Virus record (IMG/VR): IMGVR_UViG_3300045988_041884
DNA from: a virus
Length of the DNA: 45,332 nt
Strand: one strand, 5' to 3'
In this document: in pieces, positions 1 through 7,904 of the stretch
How positions within the stretch are numbered: the first letter of the stretch is position 1
Layout: the number at the start of each line of letters is the position of its first letter
Program-made: the position numbers and the translations under genes
The notes under the pieces: model-generated
Told to the model about the DNA's origin: nothing
Database searches by the model: none
The model's input: only the letters and a program-made list of their open reading frames with translations

Positions 1-55
1 CCACGCATCTCATCAAGGACAGTGTTGTAGTACTCTACTTTCTTATCCCAGTACT
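1..55. repeat. Terminal direct repeat; bases 1-55 are identical to 45278-45332 (circular-contig overlap)
   Basis: Read directly: both copies read ccacgcatctcatcaaggacagtgttgtagtactctactttcttatcccagtact. A reading frame is continuous across the join. Confidence 0.95.
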
Positions 56-188
56 GCGTATTCTTGATATCTTTGTACATGTCAATCAGCTTATATGTCA
101 TATCCAGATTTCCGGTGGTCAGTCCGTTATCAGCGATTTTGGACAGTTCATCTTCGATTCTTGCACATAAGTCTTTAATGTCTCTCAT
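1..188 (-). CDS. 5' part of a junction-spanning gene (ATG at 188, continues 45277 down to 44908, about 186 aa in total); function unknown
   Basis: GGAGG lies 7 nt upstream of ATG 186-188. Hand translation MRDIKDLCARIEDELSKIADNGLTTGNLDMTYKLIDMYKDIKNTQYWDKKVEYYNTVLDE has no stop down to base 1. It is exactly 60 codons upstream of, and in frame with, the first Met of track ORF 44908..45285. Confidence 0.8.
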   Translation of the reverse strand, partial: MRDIKDLCARIEDELSKIADNGLTTGNLDMTYKLIDMYKDIKNTQYWDKKVEYYNTVLDEMR

Positions 189-199
189 AATCACACCTC

Positions 200-622
200 C
201 TACGCTTCTCTGGTCACAACAATGTTTGCATTCGCAACAGAAACAGCCTGATCGCTCGTGTTCTCTACTGCGATATTAACGCAACATCCGCGAGGTACAT
301 CAATATAGATACCAGAGGACACATTGTTGTACTGGTCTACTGCTGCCGGTGTGGAAATCATTTGTGAAGATAATACCGGTTCGCCAGAGATTGCAATAGC
401 CAGAGAAATAGCTCCGACAGTGCCGCCTGTTGGAATTGCGATATTACCAGAAAAATCCACGAAGAATCTTGCTTTACACTGGTTGGTCAGTCCTCTCAGG
501 GTGATGATTCCGCTTCCCTCTCTGTGCTGAATACAGTTAGAACCTTTGACTGCTGTGCTTGAAAATACTACGTTTCCATTTGCTGCTACAGTCTGAGCAG
601 CTACATTTGTAAATTCTGCCAT
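200..622 (-). CDS. Hypothetical protein, all-beta-looking; tentatively TNF/C1q-like, resembling the BclA exosporium C-terminal domain
   Basis: Track ORF. GGAG lies 7 nt upstream of ATG 622. The sequence is G/N/V/S/T-rich and ends NANIVVTREA. The family resemblance is from memory only. Confidence 0.6.
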   Translation of the reverse strand: MAEFTNVAAQTVAANGNVVFSSTAVKGSNCIQHREGSGIITLRGLTNQCKARFFVDFSGNIAIPTGGTVGAISLAIAISGEPVLSSQMISTPAAVDQYNNVSSGIYIDVPRGCCVNIAVENTSDQAVSVANANIVVTREA

Positions 623-644
623 AAAAATACTCCTTTCATATCAC

Positions 645-669
645 AAAAGGACAGGTCTCAGCCTGCCCC
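645..669 (-). terminator. Rho-independent terminator candidate downstream of 734..1513
   Basis: Minus strand reads GGGCAGG-ctgaga-CCTGTCC (7 bp including one G.U) followed by TTTT. Confidence 0.55.
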
Positions 670-733
670 TCTGTGTAATACGGCATAAGCCGACATCCGA
701 AATCAATCGAAAGATACTCTCGATATGAAGTTA

Positions 734-1513
734 TCAGCAATTACATCCAGTGTTACATCCGCATCCGTAATATGTGTTCGGGTTTGGAACCTGATATGCC
801 GGGATCGGTGCTGGATTGATCGCATTAATAAGCTGCTGTGTCTGTGAAGCCATTGCAGTTGTGAGTAATGCACTCTGGCGATCCTGAGAAGCGGCACGTC
901 TGAGGTCGTTATTTTCAGCCTGTAAGTTGGAAATCTTCTCGTTGCACAGGTAATCAAGGATTGCCCTTGTTCCGGCATTCTGGCTGTCGATAATGTCTCT
1001 TGTGTTGCTGTTCATAGTGTTCTGCAATGCACAGGTATTCTGTGCCATATTGTAGTTTACACCCTGGATTGCTTCCCTTGTTTCACAGCAGCAGTTTGCA
1101 ATCTGTGCCTGGAGCGCATTGGTATTCTGCATATTTGCTACAGTGTCAGCGTTAATAGCCTGCTGGATACCGAAACCAGTCTGCATGATGTTTGTGTTGA
1201 TTCCGTTAAAACCGGTAAGCATACCATTATTCATGGCATAGAAGCCATCACACAGGCCGCTATTGATTCCGTCAAGCTTACTGATCACTGCGGAATTGTC
1301 AAATCCTCTCTGAATATCTGCCTGAGTAGCTGCCGTGGCTGTATATCCGCCGCCGTTGCCATTATTGCCCCAGCCGTTGTTTCCCCATCCGAAGAAAGCA
1401 AAAATGAATAAAACAATAATCCACCAACTACCATCTCCACCAAACATGCCGTCATTATTTCTACCGTTTCCAGTAGCAGCGGCAATATCTGCTAAACTAT
1501 AATTTCCATCCAT
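734..1513 (-). CDS. Membrane protein with G/N/W-rich N-terminus, one TM segment, N/Q-rich helical body and Cys-rich tail; function unknown
   Basis: Track ORF. AAGGAG lies 8 nt upstream of the ATG. TM segment WWIIVLFIFAFFGW. Motifs GWGNNGWGNNGNGGG, CCC, and C-terminal YYGCGCNTGCNC. Confidence 0.75.
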   Translation of the reverse strand: MDGNYSLADIAAATGNGRNNDGMFGGDGSWWIIVLFIFAFFGWGNNGWGNNGNGGGYTATAATQADIQRGFDNSAVISKLDGINSGLCDGFYAMNNGMLTGFNGINTNIMQTGFGIQQAINADTVANMQNTNALQAQIANCCCETREAIQGVNYNMAQNTCALQNTMNSNTRDIIDSQNAGTRAILDYLCNEKISNLQAENNDLRRAASQDRQSALLTTAMASQTQQLINAINPAPIPAYQVPNPNTYYGCGCNTGCNC

Positions 1514-1566
1514 AGTTATAATCTCCTTTTTGTATATTTACATCAATCTGGCCAGATTGTAATGTA

Positions 1567-1788
1567 CTATTTCATTCCTTTCAGCATGTGTTGGAATTGT
1601 CCTGCCATCTGCTGAACCTGATTAAGTTGCTGTTGGGAAATCTTCCCAGACTGTAACATCTTCTCAACTTCTGCTTTCGGGTCTCCCTTAAAATTCTGTT
1701 TAAACTGCATAAACTGCTGCATCATCTGCATTGGCCCATTTCCCTGCGGCATCCCCCCGCCAAGAGCGTTAAATAATGGATTACTCAT
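1567..1788 (-). CDS. Small M/Q-rich protein (about 73 aa), unknown function
   Basis: Track ORF 1567..1794. The second ATG (1788) sits 8 nt after GGGAGG; the first is only 2 nt after it. It overlaps the upstream stop. Confidence 0.7.
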   Translation of the reverse strand: MSNPLFNALGGGMPQGNGPMQMMQQFMQFKQNFKGDPKAEVEKMLQSGKISQQQLNQVQQMAGQFQHMLKGMK

Positions 1789-2260
1789 CTGCATTTCCTC
1801 CCTTGATTGCTGATTCCTGTACGGTATTAGCCCTAACAGGTTCAGGAAATGAATTTAATCGGTTTATGATAGCTTCGTATTTGCCTTTCAAATCATCGTA
1901 TTCCTGTCGAGTAACATATTTACTGTCCATGTTCTGAACAGGCTGTTTAGGCGGCATCTGAGTGCCTACCTCGTGGTATTCAAATGTCCGCAGTGGCTGT
2001 GGCATACCGGATACATCTGTGGATTTTATGTAGAACTTTTCACTCTCTGAATCCATCAGTAAAACGCTTGTCCCAGGTGCTACCAAATAGGATTTTGCGC
2101 CGACTTCGCCGGATACCCACAGGATACCGCTATTATTCTGCTGTGGTTGCTGTACTGGTTGAGCTGGAATCTGGACAGGCTGTTGCTGGAACTGGTTCAT
2201 CTGCCCCGGAACGCCAAAACTATATTGATAAGGATTGTTATATAATGCCATCTTATACAC
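1781..2260 (-). CDS. Q/P-rich N-terminus plus conserved-looking core (ILWVSGEVGAKSYLVAPGTSVLLMDSESEKFYIKSTD); unknown function
   Basis: Track ORF. The likely start is ATG 2251 (MALYNNPYQY) rather than GTG 2260. Confidence 0.7.
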   Translation of the reverse strand: MYKMALYNNPYQYSFGVPGQMNQFQQQPVQIPAQPVQQPQQNNSGILWVSGEVGAKSYLVAPGTSVLLMDSESEKFYIKSTDVSGMPQPLRTFEYHEVGTQMPPKQPVQNMDSKYVTRQEYDDLKGKYEAIINRLNSFPEPVRANTVQESAIKGGNADE

Positions 2261-2284
2261 CGCCTTTCTGGTTATATTCTAAAA

Positions 2285-2316
2285 TAAAAAAAGAGCCTTA
2301 GACAGTTCGTCTAAGA
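2285..2316 (-). terminator. Strong rho-independent terminator after the HTH gene 2340..2546
   Basis: Minus strand reads CTTAGAC-gaact-GTCTAAG followed by gctcTTTTTTTATTTT. Confidence 0.75.
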
Positions 2317-2339
2317 CCCATATAAGTATCTGAAAAGTA

Positions 2340-2546
2340 TCAGCACACTTTGATTATTTTATTATTCACCCTCCGGCTTAATCGTTTCACCGTGGACATG
2401 CTCACGTTCATCTGCTCTGCGCAGTATTCAAGAGTGCGTTCCTGACATCTCAGCCGAAACAGCTTTTCTTCGTCCGGTGTAAAATTACACTCTGTCAAGA
2501 ACCTGTCTATATCTTTCTTAGTGAACACATATAACTTCATGAGCAT
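2340..2546 (-). CDS. Small sigma-70 region-4 / LuxR(GerE)-type HTH protein
   Basis: The 68-aa sequence contains FTPDEEKLFRLRCQERTLEYCAEQMNVSMSTVKRLSRRVNNKI, the typical r4/LuxR helix-turn-helix layout. It is followed by a terminator. Confidence 0.65.
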   Translation of the reverse strand: MLMKLYVFTKKDIDRFLTECNFTPDEEKLFRLRCQERTLEYCAEQMNVSMSTVKRLSRRVNNKIIKVC

Positions 2547-2560
2547 ACCCCTTACTAATG

Positions 2561-2866
2561 CTAACGCTGATTCTGCGCAAGATAATTTGTAAGCTTCTGT
2601 TTTGTTTTTTTTAATTCCTCAACATTATTTCCACTGATCTGACTATCCAGCATGGTTGATAGCACTTCCAGAATCAATGAATCACGTTCCGCAATCCTCT
2701 GAAGACTCTCGTAATCTCGCTTATCATGTTCTTCTAGTGTCTCAACTCGCTTGTTAAGTCGAAACGCCGGAGTAATCCACTTAAGAATTACAGCCACCGC
2801 TCCTCCGACAATAGACACTCCTCCGCAGATAGAGAGGAATACTTGTACAAATTCTGATATGCTCAT
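2561..2866 (-). CDS. N-terminally TM-anchored coiled-coil protein (possible holin-accessory/BhlA-like; weak)
   Basis: AAGGAG lies 5 nt upstream and the start forms an ATGA overlap with the upstream stop. TM segment VFLSICGGVSIVGGAVAVIL is followed by a charged helical region. Confidence 0.7.
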   Translation of the reverse strand: MSISEFVQVFLSICGGVSIVGGAVAVILKWITPAFRLNKRVETLEEHDKRDYESLQRIAERDSLILEVLSTMLDSQISGNNVEELKKTKQKLTNYLAQNQR

Positions 2867-3249
2867 TTGCTCTCCTTTTCCCAGTAGTATACCGGGATCT
2901 CATTACCACTATCCCATGTATCGTAATATTTGCCGTTCTGTACCGTCACCACATGACCATCTATGCAGAGAATGTATGTGCCTGTCGGATGGTCTGTGCA
3001 AAAGTCGTTGACTGTATAGATATATCGTTCTGATTGTTCAATCAGTTTACGTCTGTACCCACGTTTATAGAGGTACGCTCCCCAGACATAATTTGCGCTT
3101 GGCATATCTGATAGAGCGCACGCCTGTATCATTAATCCGGCAAATACCGTTTCCCAGTCAAAACCGGTTGCTTTACATATTGCCCGGACAACGCAATCTC
3201 CGACTCGATTCCCGGCAGGATTCGGATTGTAATATTCCCATCTATTCAT
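2863..3249 (-). CDS. Putative papain-fold (Cys/His) peptidase-like protein
   Basis: Track ORF, start coupled to the MuF stop. Candidate catalytic residues are in RVGDCVVRAI and IDGHVVTV. The fold assignment is inference. Confidence 0.6.
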   Translation of the reverse strand: MNRWEYYNPNPAGNRVGDCVVRAICKATGFDWETVFAGLMIQACALSDMPSANYVWGAYLYKRGYRRKLIEQSERYIYTVNDFCTDHPTGTYILCIDGHVVTVQNGKYYDTWDSGNEIPVYYWEKESK

Positions 3250-4493
3250 CAGTCAATCCCCTTTGCTGTTTTATATCGTTTCGCCGCTCCTCTGGCTTTT
3301 GCGGCGTTCTGGCGGTTCCACTTCGCAATCATGAGCCTGTCTTGCAGTTCCCTCAGGTCGTTCTGCTTGCAGTAATCTTTGTATGCAGCATTTTGTTTCT
3401 GTAAAAGATAAGACTTCCGGTCAAGATCTTGTTGTAATGCGAATTTTGCCTTTTCATTCGGTGCATTGTCGACTCCTGTTTGTAGCCCAAAGACTTCACG
3501 CTTCGTTTTACGGATTCTCCGCTCATAAGTACGTTGTCTCTGTTCTTTTTCGTACTGCTTGCCTTTGTCGGCTTTATCCTGTGCTGATAATTCTGCATAA
3601 GGATTAAATTCCCCGTCACTGGCTCCAAAACTATGCCGACAGTTGACCCCTGACAGTCCACTTGCTGTCCCGTATCCGGTCAATGAAAAAGGCGGAAATT
3701 TCTTACTCTTGCCAGAACGAGAGTATATCTTGCCTTGCCACCATGAGTGATTTCCGGGATTCTCGCCGCCATCACCCGTTCTGGCTCCTATGTGAGCACT
3801 GACTAGAATTAAATCCCAGTCCATTTCTTCCATGCGTTTTAGGGATATATCTCCCGTAGCCTGTGCCACACCAGTTCTGACAGAACGTGCAACTGCGGTT
3901 TCAATTGTATCGCGTCTTTTCTTTCCTGTCTCTTTGTTTATGTATTCAACATATACGCCATCACTCACAACGTTATTGACCGCCTCTTTGATGGCTTGTG
4001 TATACCCAACCGCCCCAGTCATCACATGATTATATGCAAGGTCGCATTGCTCAATATAGAGCCTTTGAGCGGCACTTGCGGTTGTTCTTGTAAAGTTTTT
4101 CCACTCGCCCATAGTCGCAAGCATATTCCGCTCCATGAGTCTTATCATAGTTGGGGATTGTTCGAGCGGTACAGGGCTTAATCCCGCCGCCTTATATACC
4201 TTGTCATCATAGTTCATTGCAGTGATTCCGGCATCTTCGAACGCTTCAAGAAGTTCCTGCTGTTCACGTTTGGTGTATCTGGATAATTCTGCAAGAATGT
4301 CCTCTAGCAGTTCGCCAGATTCTTGCAGTGTTCTGATTCTCCATGCATCAGCATTGGTCAGAATATAATCTTCACCTCTACCAATTCTTGCCATCATTCT
4401 CGACACGATTTCAGAGATGATATACTGATGCAGTTCTTCAGCGATCTGTTCACTGCCCTCTGTTATCCGGCGTAAATATTCTGGACTAAGCAT
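3249..4493 (-). CDS. Head morphogenesis protein, phage Mu F / SPP1 gp7-like, with basic coiled-coil C-terminus
   Basis: AGAGGTGA lies 6 nt upstream of the ATG. Motifs GENPGNHSWWQGKIYS and VNCRHS, and the position after the portal region. Confidence 0.8.
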   Translation of the reverse strand: MLSPEYLRRITEGSEQIAEELHQYIISEIVSRMMARIGRGEDYILTNADAWRIRTLQESGELLEDILAELSRYTKREQQELLEAFEDAGITAMNYDDKVYKAAGLSPVPLEQSPTMIRLMERNMLATMGEWKNFTRTTASAAQRLYIEQCDLAYNHVMTGAVGYTQAIKEAVNNVVSDGVYVEYINKETGKKRRDTIETAVARSVRTGVAQATGDISLKRMEEMDWDLILVSAHIGARTGDGGENPGNHSWWQGKIYSRSGKSKKFPPFSLTGYGTASGLSGVNCRHSFGASDGEFNPYAELSAQDKADKGKQYEKEQRQRTYERRIRKTKREVFGLQTGVDNAPNEKAKFALQQDLDRKSYLLQKQNAAYKDYCKQNDLRELQDRLMIAKWNRQNAAKARGAAKRYKTAKGID

Positions 4494-4533
4494 AGTATAT
4501 CACCTCTTTCGATAAATGTTGTGGTACATGTTT
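4494..4533 (-). promoter_or_regulatory. Copy S3 of the conserved promoter-like element (16-mer + 18 nt + TGaTATACT)
   Basis: Minus strand reads AAACATGTACCACAAC atttatcgaaagaggtga TATACT. The hexamer abuts ATG 4493. Confidence 0.55.
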
Positions 4534-4575
4534 TGAAAATATGCTACAATCAACCTATTAAGGAGGTGTCGCAAA

Positions 4576-4722
4576 ATGTTTTTAAAACTGAAAATTTATT
4601 GCACTTGTAATTGCAACTATTACGTAAATGAACAAATTAACACGGAAAAGATAATTTGTCCAAACTGTGGCAAAGAGCATCCGTCTTCATCACAAATTAT
4701 ATCTATGCCCCTCTTTAGTTAA
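4576..4722 (+). CDS. 48-aa zinc-ribbon micro-protein on the opposite strand (not in the ORF track)
   Basis: AAGGAGGTG lies 7 nt upstream of ATG 4576. An extended -10 TGcTACAAT is at 4542-4550. Translation: MFLKLKIYCTCNCNYYVNEQINTEKIICPNCGKEHPSSSQIISMPLFS (CxCxC ... CxxC). Confidence 0.5.
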   Translation: MFLKLKIYCTCNCNYYVNEQINTEKIICPNCGKEHPSSSQIISMPLFS

Positions 4723-4750
4723 TTAAAACCCGCATTAGAATGGAGTTAAG

Positions 4751-6196
4751 TTAATTTGAACGTTTTTCATTATTCCATGCAAAAACTTTCCATCCTTTAA
4801 CTCCATTATGATTTGTTATTGGAATAATCGGTGCAGAATTTCCATTAAAAATTAATTCAACAGTTTCGTTCGTAGACAGATTATCAGTTGAAATACCATG
4901 ACTAAAATAACAATTATGAATATTTATGTAAGAAGTCGTTTTATCATCTGAGTTATGACCATGCCATCCAATATCTTTTCCATGATCTGTTTGAAAATAA
5001 CAATTAGATACTTCGACATTTGGATGTAAACCAGTTCCAGCACCAATGCATTTTCTTAAGCCTATTGCGGTATCGTAATCATCTGTTACCGTGTTATGAA
5101 ACATACGCAAGTTATGATATTTTGTTCTATACGGGATAGGACTACTGCTTGCTTCTTCGTGCACGCAATAAACCAAATGATTAGCGATAAATATTCCATC
5201 ATGTAATTCATAACTTTGTGCTTTTCGCCATAAACCAAATATTGAAGAATTATTTATTACATTACTATCTGAGCTTATTCCAGTGCCTATAATCGTTGAA
5301 CCATTAAAGAAATATCTGCAATTTCCACCAATCGGTAGTTCATAGGCAGTCACTTTACCATATTTTGTCTTAATTAATTCAAAAATAGTGCTAAACTCAT
5401 ATACTCCATATTCCCAATAAACATCACAGTTTCCTTTGTTACATGCATCATACAATTTCAAATAGATTTTTTCTTCTGTGTCTGAAGCGTAAATATTCAC
5501 CAATTCTCTTACATTTTCAGAATATTTTCCATAATCAGTATACGATAAAATTTTATCGCTCTGATAAAGCATAAAAGGTAAAGTATCATTCCACACACAA
5601 ATTCTTATGTATTTTGCATCTTCATTCAAATCAATTGGGTTTAAAGAATTAAATGTATCTGTATAAGCTAATTTATTTCCAGTAGAGTCATATTGAGCCA
5701 GTGACTGATATAATTCTGTAGTTACTCTTAACTTAATTGATGGATTAACATTAATAAGTTCTGATGTACTTCTGGTTGATAAACCATCAATAACTTCCCC
5801 ATTAGAACCAATAACCTTTCCTGTTTTGAGTTTATTCGGATTCAACATATTTATTGTATTTTTTATTTGCAAAATATTATTATACAAAATATTAGAATCA
5901 TCTAAATCTTCCTTTAGCGAACCAGTTTCCTTTTTCAGCGAAGCAATATCCGTCTTGTTCTGATCAATCTGCTGCGCCTGTTCTGTCGTGGCTCCAGGCT
6001 TGACCGGATTCTTTTCAAGGTACTCATTTACTGCGGCCTTGATTTCTTCCGGTGAGATTTCCCCGCCTATTCCTTTCAAACATAATTCGTATAAATACTT
6101 CTCTTTTCGTGTGATTGGCTTCGGGAGTTCACCCTTGTAATCGCCTGTCAAGTACGCAAGATATTTTTCTTCTCTGGTTACTGGTTTATCTGCCAT
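4751..6196 (-). CDS. AT-rich gene: EKYL-repeat N-terminus, coiled coil, C-terminal beta-helix-like (pectate-lyase-fold-like) region; fibre/depolymerase-like
   Basis: Track ORF with an RBS GGAGAGGAG. N-terminal TREEKYLAYLTGDY...TRKEKYLYELC. C-terminal HNCYF/NCYFQTDHGKDIGWHGHN repeats. Visibly lower GC than the flanking genes. Confidence 0.7.
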   Translation of the reverse strand: MADKPVTREEKYLAYLTGDYKGELPKPITRKEKYLYELCLKGIGGEISPEEIKAAVNEYLEKNPVKPGATTEQAQQIDQNKTDIASLKKETGSLKEDLDDSNILYNNILQIKNTINMLNPNKLKTGKVIGSNGEVIDGLSTRSTSELINVNPSIKLRVTTELYQSLAQYDSTGNKLAYTDTFNSLNPIDLNEDAKYIRICVWNDTLPFMLYQSDKILSYTDYGKYSENVRELVNIYASDTEEKIYLKLYDACNKGNCDVYWEYGVYEFSTIFELIKTKYGKVTAYELPIGGNCRYFFNGSTIIGTGISSDSNVINNSSIFGLWRKAQSYELHDGIFIANHLVYCVHEEASSSPIPYRTKYHNLRMFHNTVTDDYDTAIGLRKCIGAGTGLHPNVEVSNCYFQTDHGKDIGWHGHNSDDKTTSYINIHNCYFSHGISTDNLSTNETVELIFNGNSAPIIPITNHNGVKGWKVFAWNNEKRSN

Positions 6197-6200
6197 CTTT

Positions 6201-7646
6201 TTACTCCTCTCCGAATAATGTTGGCTCGTCTGGCTGAGCTTCTTTGACCATTGCTTTTGCTTCTTCCTCAGTCATTCCCTCGAATTTTACAAAATACAAC
6301 CATGCCGGAACCTTGCCAGTGGTCACATACTGCCACCATCTTGCGCGGTCATTTTCTCTGACATAGAGGATGTCTCCAAAATCATAATTGATTTCATAAG
6401 CTCCGACAGGTGCAAGTCCGTACAGGTCAGCATAAACGTTCAATGCGTAGATTACTTCATCCAGACAGGATTCCAGTTTGTCTCGAACGTCTTTAATGAA
6501 CTGCACTGTCCTCTGCTGTTCCGCTTCCACTCCCGTAGCCGTCTGAATGCCACTAGATTCATTAAAAACAAAGTAGCCATTGGAGAATCCAATCTTGTAC
6601 CCTAACTGGCTTAAAAGGGCGTTTATGCCGCTTATACGGGTATCTGTGTTGAGAACTGGATTGATTTCTTGATAGAACTCTTTTTCGTCCTGTCCGAATA
6701 CATTTTTTACATAGTCCGGCAAGTTCATTTCTGAACATCTATACTCCATTGCCTGTGGTGTCATAGCGGAAACAGGAGATCCACTCGGCATCAACAGTCG
6801 GTCATCTGCCAGGACAGTTCGTTTAGAATCAAGAATTTCTTTTGCATTACGACTGTATGCAATGTCGAGGTCTTTCAACTCTTCGATGGCTTCGGCAAAT
6901 ATTGGAAGTCCCAGTGGCGTACTAATGTCTACATTGTTCGCTTGTGGTGTCCGAAGTACTCCATACAGAGGTCCATCCAGCTTCTCACCATTTGTCTTGA
7001 GAATTGGCGGCGTATCTGCCATGAGGTCAGCCCATTTGGTCTGTTTAAGGTCAATCTTGTCACCGATTGACTGAGGGGATTTCGACACATAAGCTCTATT
7101 AGAAACGTAATACGGATAAGTCGTCATTCCGTCCACGGTAGTCTCAACAAAACGATGATACTCAAGCCGTGTGTAGTATTTCCGTCCAACAGTATAAGAA
7201 TCCTTAAATATAATCCCTTTGATTTCCTGGTTATCATAATCTACAATCATCACATCTGCCGGAGTAAATACGTCAAGGCTCTCACCGTTTGGCTTGATAA
7301 ATACTGTTCCATAAGCGCAGCCATATTCTACCCAGTGACGAATCTGGAAATACACTTTATCAATCTGCTCCTGGAGCCACGTAGCCCTTGCGGAGCCGTC
7401 TATCTGAATACCGATCGCCAGTGTTGCGAGCCGGGCTGTCTCTGAGCAGACAGATTTAGCAAAATTGATCGTCTTGATATTATTCTTATCATCTAACCAT
7501 TCCGGCGCGCCTCTGTAAATGTTCGCACACCGGTTGATCAATGATTCCATCTCCGGGAATTCTGCTGCTTGGATGTTAAAATCCTCTTCGGCTTGTTTTT
7601 TGAATATCATGTTAAACCACCTTTTTAGTGTTGTTATAAGTCCCAT
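6201..7646 (-). CDS. Portal protein (SPP1 gp6-like)
   Basis: 481 aa, located between the terminase and MuF genes. The sequence style is typical of Firmicutes siphovirus portals. Confidence 0.75.
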   Translation of the reverse strand: MGLITTLKRWFNMIFKKQAEEDFNIQAAEFPEMESLINRCANIYRGAPEWLDDKNNIKTINFAKSVCSETARLATLAIGIQIDGSARATWLQEQIDKVYFQIRHWVEYGCAYGTVFIKPNGESLDVFTPADVMIVDYDNQEIKGIIFKDSYTVGRKYYTRLEYHRFVETTVDGMTTYPYYVSNRAYVSKSPQSIGDKIDLKQTKWADLMADTPPILKTNGEKLDGPLYGVLRTPQANNVDISTPLGLPIFAEAIEELKDLDIAYSRNAKEILDSKRTVLADDRLLMPSGSPVSAMTPQAMEYRCSEMNLPDYVKNVFGQDEKEFYQEINPVLNTDTRISGINALLSQLGYKIGFSNGYFVFNESSGIQTATGVEAEQQRTVQFIKDVRDKLESCLDEVIYALNVYADLYGLAPVGAYEINYDFGDILYVRENDRARWWQYVTTGKVPAWLYFVKFEGMTEEEAKAMVKEAQPDEPTLFGEE

Positions 7647-7904
7647 TTAGTCGTCCTCAAATTCTATCCAGTCAGCGGGAACTTCTAGGATTTTTCCATC
7701 CATGTTTACAAGTGCGAGTGTTGATAACATTGAGCCTAACTCATATCCTCCGCATTTCCCTTCTTCACCAGTAAGAAATTCTTTATATTTTAAGAATATT
7801 GCACTCTTAGAAACACTCATTCTTATAATGATTTCCTGCCCATTTGAAACTATTTTATTTTCTATCGTATCATTTGGATTCGTAACAAAACATTTTTTTC
7901 TCAT
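7647..7904 (-). CDS. Hypothetical protein (85 aa)
   Basis: Track ORF 7647..7931. The start ATG 7904 overlaps the terminase stop (TAATG). Confidence 0.6.
   Translation of the reverse strand: MRKKCFVTNPNDTIENKIVSNGQEIIIRMSVSKSAIFLKYKEFLTGEEGKCGGYELGSMLSTLALVNMDGKILEVPADWIEFEDD

Noticed and set aside
1-55. Interpreting the 55-bp terminal repeat as a biological direct terminal repeat or cos site
   Set aside because: A gene is split by the contig ends and is restored by circularisation. An exact short overlap is the expected assembler signature of a circular molecule.
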